DNA from: an uncultured Gammaproteobacteria bacterium
GTDB taxonomy: Bacteria > Patescibacteriota > Patescibacteriia > UBA1558 > S5-K13
NCBI GenBank assembly: GCA_964424195.1
Contig: CAYRHT010000002.1
Span: 144,120 to 208,119, forward strand
Length of the DNA: 64,000 bases
Direction: 5' to 3'
Shown piece by piece: positions 19,201 through 29,214 of the stretch. Numbering within the stretch: position 1 is the first letter of the stretch; each line of letters opens with the position of its first letter. The notes below the pieces were generated by a model. The model was not told where the DNA came from. It searched no databases and was given only the letters and a program-made list of their open reading frames with translations. Both the position numbers and the translations under genes were made by a program.

Positions 19201-21140
19201 TCCGAACTATCAATTGAAGTGAACCATTCACTTTCATAACAACCCTGATCAATACTAATACTATTATAAGCACCAGTATCAAGATCAAGAATCACTTCCC
19301 CATTCCATTCATAATAAATAGTTCCGGCATCAATACAAGGAGACCCTTCAGAAAGATAATAACTTCCAGCCTGTGGACCATTGAATAAAGGATCTTCCGA
19401 AATGTTTCCTTCCAACCAATCGAAAGTGGAATTACCGTTAACAAAAATACCTTCTTCCCCGTCTTTAACATCTGAATAAGAAACAGTTAAACTACTATTG
19501 TCGTCTAAATTCATCTGAAAATCAACGAAAGGATCCCAAAGAATTGAATTTAAAACCAATAAATTACTGTCCCCGGCAATTATACTGGATGCAATTCCGG
19601 TGTTATCAGCCATTGTAATATTGGTTAATTCCAGTTCAGATCCTTCGACAACTATTATACCGCCACCATCATAAATCCAGCCATTGTTCACGCGAAAGAT
19701 AGAGTTTCTAATTCTCGTATTTGTTTCATCGATGAAAAGACCAGCTCCATTATTCCCAGAATTACCACCAATAGTAGTACGAGCAATTGTTAATTCTCCT
19801 GTTGAGTCGCAGCTAATTCCACCACCATGTCCATTCATAACATCAATATTATTTCCGGATACAGATCCACCTTGAATTAATACTGTATAACAATCAGAAA
19901 TATTAATTCCACCACCATAATGACTAGTGTTACTATATATCAAACAATCAGCTATTGTTCCATTGGAATTTGTAGCATAAATACCACCACCACCAGCATA
20001 ACCAGTGTTACCATGAAATTCTGAATTATAGATTTGGAATGTCTGATTATCAATAAAAATACCACCACCAGCACTACTAGCATGATTTTCTCTAATGTCA
20101 GAATTTTCAACTAGTATTTGACTATTCCATGTAAATATTCCGCCACCTTTGGTAGCTACATTATCTGTGATATGGGAATTAACTATGGAAACCATTGGCG
20201 AATTATAACATGCGATACCACCACCATGACGATCGGTATCATTATTTGATATTTCTACATTTACAATACTAACATTATTACTATAACTCATGTAAATTCC
20301 CGAACCATCACCACCAGCACTAGTCTCATTATCCATTATCAAACAATTTCTAATAATCGAATCATGACACATATCCATACTAATTCCTGAACCATTGCCT
20401 GCATGATCACCGTCTTTAATGATAAATCCAACTATTTCAAAAGTACAGCCAGTAGCAGTTAGGCATTTTCCAGAACTATTACCATTGATAATAGTTGCCC
20501 CAATCGGATAAGTGGGTCCTAAAAGCTCATTCATAGATATAATTTTGATATCCTTATCTAAATAAAGATTTTCATAATATATATTCGATTGAACTAAAAC
20601 CACATCTCCGTCTTGAGCAGAATCAATACCACTTTGGATAGTATCTCCCATAACATTGATTAATCTTCCGGTTATTGATATTTCATTCCCTATAAGAGGA
20701 AAAATACCATTTACATTTCCAGATGCTGTTTCGATAGCATCAGCGTTTAGAATCAAAAATTGAAATTCAGGTTCATTTTGATCAAAAACAGTCATTCTGG
20801 TTTTTAATTGAGTCCATCCTGTAAGGGGATTATCAGGAGTGAATGTTATTTCTTGATTGATGTTATCGAAAAATGTTGGGCCAGTTATATGTTCATCATT
20901 TTCGTCTAATATTTGATGATAATCACACGATTGAACCATTATACCGTAAGCTGGTTTTATTGTAATCGAATAAACAGTGTCCTGAATTATTTCTAACTCA
21001 AGAGTCATTATGACTATATTGTCTGGACCAACTGTTTCTGTATTGACTTGTGATGAAGCATTAACTACTGCTCCTAAACTTACCATTGCAACCATTAAGA
21101 TTGCCATTACGAATACGACTAATAATGAGTTTCTCATCAT
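18912..21140 (-). CDS. Secreted parallel beta-helix repeat protein with T9SS-type C-terminal sorting domain
   Basis: Signal peptide; many GGGI/NxxxN beta-helix repeats; C-terminal NYPNPFNPSTTI...SGVYFYKL...KKMIL domain (Por_Secre_tail-like). Confidence 0.75.
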   Translation of the reverse strand: MMRNSLLVVFVMAILMVAMVSLGAVVNASSQVNTETVGPDNIVIMTLELEIIQDTVYSITIKPAYGIMVQSCDYHQILDENDEHITGPTFFDNINQEITFTPDNPLTGWTQLKTRMTVFDQNEPEFQFLILNADAIETASGNVNGIFPLIGNEISITGRLINVMGDTIQSGIDSAQDGDVVLVQSNIYYENLYLDKDIKIISMNELLGPTYPIGATIINGNSSGKCLTATGCTFEIVGFIIKDGDHAGNGSGISMDMCHDSIIRNCLIMDNETSAGGDGSGIYMSYSNNVSIVNVEISNNDTDRHGGGIACYNSPMVSIVNSHITDNVATKGGGIFTWNSQILVENSDIRENHASSAGGGIFIDNQTFQIYNSEFHGNTGYAGGGGIYATNSNGTIADCLIYSNTSHYGGGINISDCYTVLIQGGSVSGNNIDVMNGHGGGISCDSTGELTIARTTIGGNSGNNGAGLFIDETNTRIRNSIFRVNNGWIYDGGGIIVVEGSELELTNITMADNTGIASSIIAGDSNLLVLNSILWDPFVDFQMNLDDNSSLTVSYSDVKDGEEGIFVNGNSTFDWLEGNISEDPLFNGPQAGSYYLSEGSPCIDAGTIYYEWNGEVILDLDTGAYNSISIDQGCYESEWFTSIDSSELISEATKLLGNYPNPFNPSTTIKFNIRKQSDVKLTIYNVKGQRVQTLVDGQIDAGSHIVTWNGTDQNNNAVSSGVYFYKLTSGRYSEIKKMILSK

Positions 21141-21275
21141 TTCTCCCTTTTGCGAGTTCTTTGAACTCGTCTTTGTTTTTTTGGTTAACGATCAATATTT
21201 CTTCTATTTTTAACTATCAATATATATAACATTACTACTTAAAAGTAATGAGAATTTTTCAAAGAACGATATCTT

Positions 21276-21304
21276 AATATAGCATATATTATGAATAATG
21301 TCAA
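21276..21304 (-). promoter_or_regulatory. Consensus promoter TTGACA-N17-TATATT (minus strand) with about 130-nt conserved leader, upstream of 18912..21140
   Basis: Perfect -35/-10 with 17-nt spacer; same element upstream of the two other CTD genes. Confidence 0.5.
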
Positions 21305-21366
21305 CTAAATGAGAAAAGAAAAACCACCAAGCTAATAATATAGATCAGTGGTTAAATGAGTTTTGA

Positions 21367-21606
21367 TTAAGTTTTTCTTATTCTTTTTATAACACGAATA
21401 AAGAATTCAATGATAGGGCTAATAATAGTACTTAATATCAAGCTAATCACGACATAAAAAGTAATGAAGATGATAGGCTCTTTTCCAATTGGTTCATTAG
21501 GAATAGTCATTCCAGTTATTTCCAAGAAATTCATGAGGTAAAAAGCAATAGTAATGACAATACCTAACGCTATCCATAGGTAGCCGTTAATTCCATTTCG
21601 TTCCAT
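21367..21606 (-). CDS. Small membrane protein (79 aa)
   Basis: Two TM helices; RBS AGGAGG. Confidence 0.4.
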   Translation of the reverse strand: MERNGINGYLWIALGIVITIAFYLMNFLEITGMTIPNEPIGKEPIIFITFYVVISLILSTIISPIIEFFIRVIKRIRKT

Positions 21607-21690
21607 AATATCCTCCTTTTTTATTCTCTCTATCTTTGTAATAACATATATTTTTTATAATTTCAAGCTAAAATATGTTAAAATATATTT

Positions 21691-23799
21691 ATGATTAAAA
21701 TTGATTGGAAAATTTACTATCCTCTATCTTTTCTATTGCTCTTAGCTTTATTCTTTAACTTTTTCTATTTACAAAATACTAGCTTCTCAATAATTACTGC
21801 TAGCTTATATATTCTATTGTTTGGATTATTTGGAGGACATTATTTATTTCCAAGGTATAATTTCTTATCTAAGTTAATATTAGGTATTTTAATGATGATT
21901 AGTTATCTAATGATACTAGGTAGTTCTTTTTATTATCTATTTATTTTATCAGACTTAGTAATTGCTTTGATATTAGTAATGGCTCCAATGTTTCTAGGAT
22001 TGAAGTTAGTTAAGAGTCCTCTAGTTATTAAATTTGATTCCATTGATTTTTCTTTTAGAAGTATTCTTAAATCTATTCTATTAGTAATATACTTATTATT
22101 ACTCTTTAAACAATATACTTATGTTCTTTCTAAAGCTACTACTTTAAGTATTAATTCCCCTTGGCAAGTATTATCTTCAAACATCTTTTTACTTTATGGC
22201 CTCAGTACTTTAGTTTTAATTCTATTACTCTTCTTAAGTAAAAAAACTATTAATTTAATTCTCCTCTCTCTTCATTATTTATTTTCTTTTAGTATTATTA
22301 TTTTAATATTTAAATTAGGTTTTGGTTATGATCCTTACCTCCATCAAGCTTCAGAGAAGTTAATTATGGATACGGGTACATTTTTACCAAAACCATTCTA
22401 CTATATTGGTCAATATTCTTTAGTAGTTATTTTAGCTAAGATATTTGCTCAATCAGTGGAGTTTTTTGACAAGTTATTAGTTCCAATCATTGCCGCTATT
22501 TCTTTACCAACAGTTATTTACCAAAGTTTGAAGGATAATTTTAATGTTCAAAAGAATACTATTTTCATCAGTATTCTTCTATTCCTTTTAATTCCTTTTT
22601 CTAACTTTACATATACTACTCCCCAGTCTTTAGCTAATATCTTTGTTTTAATAATTGTATTTTTAACTATCTCTTTCATTAATCGTCATTTTAGAAACTT
22701 CTGGGCTTTATTTATCTTAGCCCTAGCTACTTGTTTTATTCATCCTTTAAGTGGTTTACCAATTATGATGTTTGTAGTTTTAACTGGCTTGTTTTATGGT
22801 TTAAAAACTAAGAACTTAGTAAAGAGTGTTTTTAAGAATGTCATCTTTTGGATAGTGAGTGGAATTTCTTGTTTTGCCTTACCAATAGCTTTTTGGTTGT
22901 ATAATTTAGTTAGTAAATTAGATATGTCTAGTTTGGAACAAATGACTGGTCAAAATCTTTTAATTAATTTAACTCCTAACCAAATATTCTGGCCAAGATT
23001 TATATCTATCTTTGATTTAATATATCTTTATGCTCGGAATGTAAACTTAATGATTGTGGTTGTTAGTTTACTAGGTTTAATATTTGTAATTTATTACAGG
23101 CAATTAAAGAATTATTTTATTTATCTCTTAATGTTCTTTATTCTAATTATTAATTACTTGATTGTTATTACCTATATTAAATTTCCATTCTTATCAGCTT
23201 TCTCAGAAAGAATATTTAATCTTAGCTTCTATTTCCTTCTCCCCTTCTTTATGATTGGTTTAATATTATTCTTAAAGACTTTATTCAATTACAAACATCT
23301 TTTCAAAGTAGTATTACCAGTCTTCTTAGTAATATTTTTAAGTATTTCTTTTTATTTAAGTTATCCAAGGGTTGATAGGTATGAAAACTTTCATGGTTAC
23401 AGTATTTCTGAATCACATTTAAAGATAGTTCACTATATTGAGGAGAATTATGTTCATGATGACTATATTGTTTTAGCTGATCAAAGCTTAGGAGCTAGTG
23501 TGATTAAGGAATATGGATTTAAGAAGTATTACAACAGTGAATTCTATTATTCTCTACCAACTAAGATAAAGGACAATGTCTATACTGACTTTTTAGATAT
23601 GACTAAAGAAGAAACAGATAAAGAAAAAGCAGCAATAAATGCTGCTGAGAAAACAGATGTAAATATGATCTTTGTAGTCTTAAATGATTATTGGGAGTTA
23701 ACTGATAAGTTGATTGATGAACACAAAGAGTTAGCTTCTAATTGGGTGGAAGTAGATGAAGGAAGAGCTTTTATATTTCAGTATTTGATTAGTGATTAA
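21691..23799 (+). CDS. Polytopic membrane protein (702 aa), possibly GT-C-type glycosyltransferase/polymerase
   Basis: More than 12 predicted TM helices with C-terminal soluble domain. Confidence 0.45.
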   Translation: MIKIDWKIYYPLSFLLLLALFFNFFYLQNTSFSIITASLYILLFGLFGGHYLFPRYNFLSKLILGILMMISYLMILGSSFYYLFILSDLVIALILVMAPMFLGLKLVKSPLVIKFDSIDFSFRSILKSILLVIYLLLLFKQYTYVLSKATTLSINSPWQVLSSNIFLLYGLSTLVLILLLFLSKKTINLILLSLHYLFSFSIIILIFKLGFGYDPYLHQASEKLIMDTGTFLPKPFYYIGQYSLVVILAKIFAQSVEFFDKLLVPIIAAISLPTVIYQSLKDNFNVQKNTIFISILLFLLIPFSNFTYTTPQSLANIFVLIIVFLTISFINRHFRNFWALFILALATCFIHPLSGLPIMMFVVLTGLFYGLKTKNLVKSVFKNVIFWIVSGISCFALPIAFWLYNLVSKLDMSSLEQMTGQNLLINLTPNQIFWPRFISIFDLIYLYARNVNLMIVVVSLLGLIFVIYYRQLKNYFIYLLMFFILIINYLIVITYIKFPFLSAFSERIFNLSFYFLLPFFMIGLILFLKTLFNYKHLFKVVLPVFLVIFLSISFYLSYPRVDRYENFHGYSISESHLKIVHYIEENYVHDDYIVLADQSLGASVIKEYGFKKYYNSEFYYSLPTKIKDNVYTDFLDMTKEETDKEKAAINAAEKTDVNMIFVVLNDYWELTDKLIDEHKELASNWVEVDEGRAFIFQYLISD

Positions 23800-23867
23800 G
23801 ATTAAATATTTAGGTAAAAGAAAAGGACAATGATAACTCATTGTCCTTTGTTTTTTTTAAAATGTCC

Positions 23868-24698
23868 TTAACTTTTCTCAGTATTGAGACGGAGTATTTT
23901 TACTGAAACAACCCAGTAATTAATAAGTCCCCATGCTCCTCCGATTAGAGCTCCTATTAAAGCATTTTGTAAGTAATAACCGGCTAAAGCACCAAGAGCA
24001 CTATCAATTCCACATAACAGTCTAATGTCTGAATGTATGGTTATGAAAAGTGTTTTGATGAATAAAGGAGTATTTTTAATTACAAACAATAACCCTCGAG
24101 GTAACCAGTAAAAACAAACAGCAATAATATTTGTTAAAAGTGCCATTTTTAGAATTGACTTTATTGTGTCTTTAAGATCTTCGGAACTTAGATTACCTAT
24201 CTTATCACCGTTGAAAAGATTTAATAGAAATATAAATACGCATATTGCAGTACATAAAGCCGAAATGACTATAATAATTATCATTCCGAGTGCTATAATT
24301 TGATTAACAATTCCATATTTAGCACTAATAATCTCTTCAGGCGATGTACGAAAATGACAATTTTCTGGTAACAAAGATAATTCATTATTTTGAAATAGAT
24401 CACGAATTATATGTAGGCCTATAAAATTTGTAAATATAGCTCCGAGTAGAATAGATACTACAATTAATAGAATAGTCATTCTTAAGAAATCAATTCCGGT
24501 TAATTTAGAGTTTTTCTTGATGTCTATTCGTTTCCAAGCTGTTTTAATACCACAGAGAGTCTCTTTCGGATTGTAGGCTAAATAACCAATTAATCCACCA
24601 ATAATTACTCCTAACCACCAATAACTGTTTAAGCTCATACTAATGATGGAGCCAATAAACGCGCCTATTGCACAAGCAATAAAAATATTCTTTTTCAT
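23868..24698 (-). CDS. Membrane protein with glycine-zipper motifs (276 aa)
   Basis: Multiple TM helices, GxxxG repeats. Confidence 0.45.
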   Translation of the reverse strand: MKKNIFIACAIGAFIGSIISMSLNSYWWLGVIIGGLIGYLAYNPKETLCGIKTAWKRIDIKKNSKLTGIDFLRMTILLIVVSILLGAIFTNFIGLHIIRDLFQNNELSLLPENCHFRTSPEEIISAKYGIVNQIIALGMIIIIVISALCTAICVFIFLLNLFNGDKIGNLSSEDLKDTIKSILKMALLTNIIAVCFYWLPRGLLFVIKNTPLFIKTLFITIHSDIRLLCGIDSALGALAGYYLQNALIGALIGGAWGLINYWVVSVKILRLNTEKS

Positions 24699-24781
24699 TT
24701 TTCCTCCTTAAGGATTTAGTTTTTATTTATTTTATTAACTTATTGAGTTAACTGTGTATTATACATTATTTCCATGGTTTG

Positions 24782-25948
24782 TCAAGTATTTAATATTTTA
24801 GTTATATACTTCTTTACATCAAACCCCTCTACTTTATTTAAACAATGTTTAGACATGGAATCAAGCTCAGCTTGATTCTTTTTAATATCTTCTAACTTTT
24901 CTTTTAAATTCCCAGTACTCTCAGAATTAAATAACCAACCAGTTTTTCCCTCTTCAATTAATTCACTTATACCACCAAAATTAGAAGCTAGAACTGGGAC
25001 TCCAGCTTGCCAAGCCTCTAAGATAACCATTGGTGCATTTTCAAAACAAAGGGAAGGAACAACTACTAAATCATGTTGTTTTAGTAAGTTAATCCTTTCT
25101 TCTTCATTAAATTCTCCAAAGAATTTAATATTACTTAAGAGGTATTCTGTATTTTTGATCTTTTCTGCTAATTCTCCTCTGCCAGCAATAGTTAAATAGT
25201 ATTCTTCTGGATTTAATAATCTAAAGGCTTTAATTAAATTCATTACTCCTTTATGCTCTTCTAATTGACCTAAATACAATATTTTTAATTTATTACTATT
25301 TTTTTCTTTGTTAGATTCTATTCCCTTAGAAAGAGTAATTGGATTAGCTATGATTTTAGTTTCCGCATTAGGAAAGAAGTTTCTTTTAGTATAGAAGTTT
25401 AGTAGAGCTTGAGAAGGACTGACAATGTATTTACAGTTTTTAAAAATATTTTTGGTAAAAAATGCATAAATTTTTTGAGTTCTATTAATGATTTGATTTA
25501 CTAGTAATTTTCCAGAAGGAATTAATAACTGAACATCATGAATAGTATTAATATGTTTAATATCTAATTTATTTATCTCTTTAATAATATTATATCCTAA
25601 TCCTAAAGTATTATGACTAAGAATTAAATCAGGTTTTTCTTGATTTAAAATAGCTCTAACTAATTTAGTTGAGTATTTGTTATTCAATTGATGAATTCTG
25701 TAGAAGAATCTAGAGAATATATTCTGTTGATCAATATCTTGAAAAGCAAAGTATTTATCCCAGCCTATTCGATATACTTTAATACCATTTTGTTGATCTT
25801 CGATAGTTTTTTCTTGGTCTCTACCAGCACAGATAACAAAAACATGATGACCTTGTTTTTTTAATTCATCAGCTATTATTTCTACTACTGTTTCTACTCC
25901 TCCTTTTCTATCAGGAGTAAAAAGATTGTTAATTAAACAAATTTTCAT
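24782..25948 (-). CDS. Glycosyltransferase family 4 (GT-B)
   Basis: EX7E-type C-terminal motif region (ENAPMVILEAWQAGVPVLASNFGGISELI). Confidence 0.8.
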   Translation of the reverse strand: MKICLINNLFTPDRKGGVETVVEIIADELKKQGHHVFVICAGRDQEKTIEDQQNGIKVYRIGWDKYFAFQDIDQQNIFSRFFYRIHQLNNKYSTKLVRAILNQEKPDLILSHNTLGLGYNIIKEINKLDIKHINTIHDVQLLIPSGKLLVNQIINRTQKIYAFFTKNIFKNCKYIVSPSQALLNFYTKRNFFPNAETKIIANPITLSKGIESNKEKNSNKLKILYLGQLEEHKGVMNLIKAFRLLNPEEYYLTIAGRGELAEKIKNTEYLLSNIKFFGEFNEEERINLLKQHDLVVVPSLCFENAPMVILEAWQAGVPVLASNFGGISELIEEGKTGWLFNSESTGNLKEKLEDIKKNQAELDSMSKHCLNKVEGFDVKKYITKILNT

Positions 25949-27119
25949 AAATATTAATTAGTTTTTTAGAAATGACCTCATCACTAAAGTTTTCTAATAC
26001 TCTCTGTCGAGCATTCTTGGAAAGTCTTTGATATTCTTCAGGGTTAGAGAATAGTTTGTTAATTTTCTGAACTAAATCATCTACATTCCTGTTTTCAAAA
26101 GTAAAACCAGTTTCATTATCTTTCAGAACTTTTCTAACTCCTGGTAAATCAGAAACAATAACTGGCTTAGCACAAGCCATAGCTTCTATTTGAACAATAC
26201 CAAAAGCCTCTCCTTGATTAATTGATGGTAAAATCAAACAATCAGCTAAGTTATAGTGTTTTACTAAATCTTTGTTCTTTATTCCTCCAGTAAATACAAC
26301 TCGATCATCAATCTTTAACTTTTCAGCTTTTCTCTTGTAGTTTTCTTTTAATTCTCCTTCACCAACAATCATTAAGATATATTTAGAATCTAGTTTTTGA
26401 AAGGCTTTTAGTAAAATATCTACCCCCTTGAAGTAATGAGCTTTATCCAATCCTCCAACAAACATTAATACCTTTTTATTTTCTAATTCATATTCTTTTA
26501 CTAATTCTAAATCTTTTTCACCATCTTTAAATTTCTCTGAATCAATACTAAAAGGAAGTTCTACTATCTTCTCACTAAACTTTTTGAATAAAGGATGTTC
26601 TTGAAAATAGTCTTTAGTAGAAACAATAATTTGATCTACTTGATTAAAAATCCAAGGAGCAAAGATTAATTCATAGAGTTTAAATATTAAACCTTTAATT
26701 CCTTGAGCATTAGGATTCATATGCCAAGATAATACAATCTTTTTCTTCCTACTATTTAGAATAGCTGGAATAACAGAAGTATAGAAAGGATAGTGAATAT
26801 GTAAAATTTCAATTTTTTTCAAGTGTTTTTTAATGTTAATATATCCGGCGTTTCCTAGCTTGAATAAGGGTGATATCCGATGAATTGTCACATTATCATT
26901 CTCCTCTTCAATATGCCCTATTTTTTGATAATTAGGGGTATATATGGAGACTTCGTAGTTATTATTTATCCCTATTTGAGCATATTTTTGAGCAACTGAA
27001 CCAATACCACCTTGGTAAGGTGGATAGACACAAGTTAGGTGAGCTATTTTTAATTCTTTATTCATATGTATAAGTATAAAGGATAAAGAAGAAAGTGAAA
27101 AGCATTGACTAAGTATCAT
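25929..27119 (-). CDS. Glycosyltransferase family 4 (GT-B)
   Basis: GEAFGIVQIEAMACAKPVIVSDLPGVRKVL motif. Confidence 0.8.
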   Translation of the reverse strand: MILSQCFSLSSLSFILIHMNKELKIAHLTCVYPPYQGGIGSVAQKYAQIGINNNYEVSIYTPNYQKIGHIEEENDNVTIHRISPLFKLGNAGYINIKKHLKKIEILHIHYPFYTSVIPAILNSRKKKIVLSWHMNPNAQGIKGLIFKLYELIFAPWIFNQVDQIIVSTKDYFQEHPLFKKFSEKIVELPFSIDSEKFKDGEKDLELVKEYELENKKVLMFVGGLDKAHYFKGVDILLKAFQKLDSKYILMIVGEGELKENYKRKAEKLKIDDRVVFTGGIKNKDLVKHYNLADCLILPSINQGEAFGIVQIEAMACAKPVIVSDLPGVRKVLKDNETGFTFENRNVDDLVQKINKLFSNPEEYQRLSKNARQRVLENFSDEVISKKLINIYENLFN

Positions 27120-27166
27120 TAATTAAGTAAGATGTGATATAAAGTAAAAAAGAAAAGGAGGAAAAA

Positions 27167-27733
27167 ATGATTAAATTTAGTAAACATGCTTGTGAATTAT
27201 TAAAAAAGGCTATTAAGGAAGTCTTCGGAGGAGATTTAATGGCAGAAGAGTTGGCGATAGGAGTTAATATTACTTATCAAGATTTTTTAGTCGAAATTAA
27301 AAATGAGACTGCTCGTTCCTTGTCTTTTTATGAAAAGAGTTATTTATCAGAGGAAAGTCATTGTATACATAAAGGAGAAGAATCTACTGGAAAGACTTTA
27401 ACTCATGATTTTCAAATTATTATTTTTTTAATTTGGAAGATGAGTGTCCAAATTGAAAAAATTAATAAGAAAGATTTGAAAATTTTAACTGATATTTCTA
27501 TGTTGAATGAATATTTTGGTGATGTGCAGAAAATAGAGTTGAAGCAAAAAGACTATCTTGCATCATTACAGAAAATAAGAGTTTTAGAATATAAATCTTT
27601 TATTTTGAAATACTTTTTTAATATTCTTTTTCATCATGAGTTTCCAGTGTTAGTGGAAAAAATTATCAGGGAAGATTATCATTTTAATATTTCTAAGGGC
27701 TGGAAAATAATGATAAAGAAAAAAAGACTTTAA
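27167..27733 (+). CDS. Hypothetical protein (188 aa)
   Basis: ORF with strong RBS AGGAGGAAAAAATG, lone plus-strand gene between glycosyltransferase genes. Confidence 0.45.
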   Translation: MIKFSKHACELLKKAIKEVFGGDLMAEELAIGVNITYQDFLVEIKNETARSLSFYEKSYLSEESHCIHKGEESTGKTLTHDFQIIIFLIWKMSVQIEKINKKDLKILTDISMLNEYFGDVQKIELKQKDYLASLQKIRVLEYKSFILKYFFNILFHHEFPVLVEKIIREDYHFNISKGWKIMIKKKRL

Positions 27734-27810
27734 AGTTTATTCGAAAAATAAAGCACGCTTCAGAATAATGGAGTGTGCTTTTTAAATTGTTTAATTTTGT
27801 TGTCAGTCCT

Positions 27811-28863
27811 TTACCATTGAATAATTAATCTTAAGATATAGTAATAAATAGTCATAATTGGATTAGCAATGTAATAGAGTAATGGGTTCTTTAATTCTTG
27901 AAAGATAATTACGGGAGTAAATGTTTTTAGGATATCTTTGTCTTTCAGCTTTCTAATCTGCATTGATTCTTTTTTAACTCTTCTCATATATTTCCAAGTA
28001 CTTGGCTTTAAAAGATAGCCGTAGCTCCAGAGTTTCTTACCAAACCATTTGTTTTTAATGGAGAAAAGAATTATTCCTAAGTCCATTAAAATCAACATTG
28101 GTAAAAGTAATATTAAAGTAGCTAGCCTATAGTTTTTGTATAGACAAACATATCTGTTCTTTTCAAAATGACCAATCATCTTAGTACTCCGAGAAAATTC
28201 ATATTTATGATAGATACTAACATTAGGATTAATAGTATTTTTGTAACCAGCTAAGCTAATTCTCCACCCTAAATCTAAGTCTTCTAAGTACATAAACATT
28301 TCTTGATCAAATAATCCAATCTTGTTGATTAATTTAACAGGCATCATCACACAAGCTCCAGAACAATAGTTAATCTTGTTTAAGTCTTTACGATATTCTT
28401 CATCTTTAATACCGCTTTGATCTCCATAACCAAATCCTAAGAAATGTAACCTATTCCCAACATTGTTAATATATTCAGTTTTAGGGTGTAAGAGTATTTT
28501 AGGTTGTAAGGCTCCAATACTTGGATCTTCTTCCATTGTTTCTACTAAAGTTCTTAACCACCGAGGAGTAACAATAGTATCTTGGTTTAAAAGAACAATA
28601 TAGTCATAGTTGTTATCTCGAGCCCAGCGATATGCTATATTATTTCCTTCAGCAAAACCCCAATTAGTTTTTTCAGCAAAGAATTTAGCTTGAGGATAAT
28701 TATCCTTGGCATATTGTAAAGAATCGTCATGAGAGTTATTATCTACAAAAACAAGCTTCCATTTATCTTCTGGATAGTCTGTCTTTTTTAGAGATTCAAA
28801 AAGGTCTGGTAAATACTTTTTACTATTATAGTTCATTACTAGAACTGCAATTGTTTTGGTCAT
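27811..28863 (-). CDS. Glycosyltransferase family 2
   Basis: VLVMNYNS...DNNSHD...LLNQDT DxD-type motifs; C-terminal TM helices. Confidence 0.8.
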   Translation of the reverse strand: MTKTIAVLVMNYNSKKYLPDLFESLKKTDYPEDKWKLVFVDNNSHDDSLQYAKDNYPQAKFFAEKTNWGFAEGNNIAYRWARDNNYDYIVLLNQDTIVTPRWLRTLVETMEEDPSIGALQPKILLHPKTEYINNVGNRLHFLGFGYGDQSGIKDEEYRKDLNKINYCSGACVMMPVKLINKIGLFDQEMFMYLEDLDLGWRISLAGYKNTINPNVSIYHKYEFSRSTKMIGHFEKNRYVCLYKNYRLATLILLLPMLILMDLGIILFSIKNKWFGKKLWSYGYLLKPSTWKYMRRVKKESMQIRKLKDKDILKTFTPVIIFQELKNPLLYYIANPIMTIYYYILRLIIQW

Positions 28864-28883
28864 AGGGTTTTATTTAAAGAATG

Positions 28884-29213
28884 TTAATTATTTTTATCAT
28901 TATCTAGTGCATCTTCCCGAGCCAATTTAGTAATACTCTTCTCTATCCTATCTAAATGAATAAATATTCTAAAGACTAAGTAAGTTAAAACAATAATAGC
29001 TAGATAGGTTATTAGGTCAGCTCCTCTACCAATCTTTAAAATCTCAGCAACTCTAGTAGTGTATTGAGGAAACCAAAATATAAGTCCAGTTCCTATCCAA
29101 ACAATTAACCAAGCAATAGTTTCCTTGATTGAAAGTTCCTTACTTTTCTTTCTAGCTAGGGTTTTAAGGATAATTAGAATTAAGAAGATAGATACAATAA
29201 TTTGAATAATCAT
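28884..29213 (-). CDS. Small membrane protein (DUF2304-like, commonly paired with a GT2 gene)
   Basis: 109 aa, 3 TM helices, position immediately downstream of GT2. Confidence 0.45.
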   Translation of the reverse strand: MIIQIIVSIFLILIILKTLARKKSKELSIKETIAWLIVWIGTGLIFWFPQYTTRVAEILKIGRGADLITYLAIIVLTYLVFRIFIHLDRIEKSITKLAREDALDNDKNN

Positions 29214-29214
29214 A

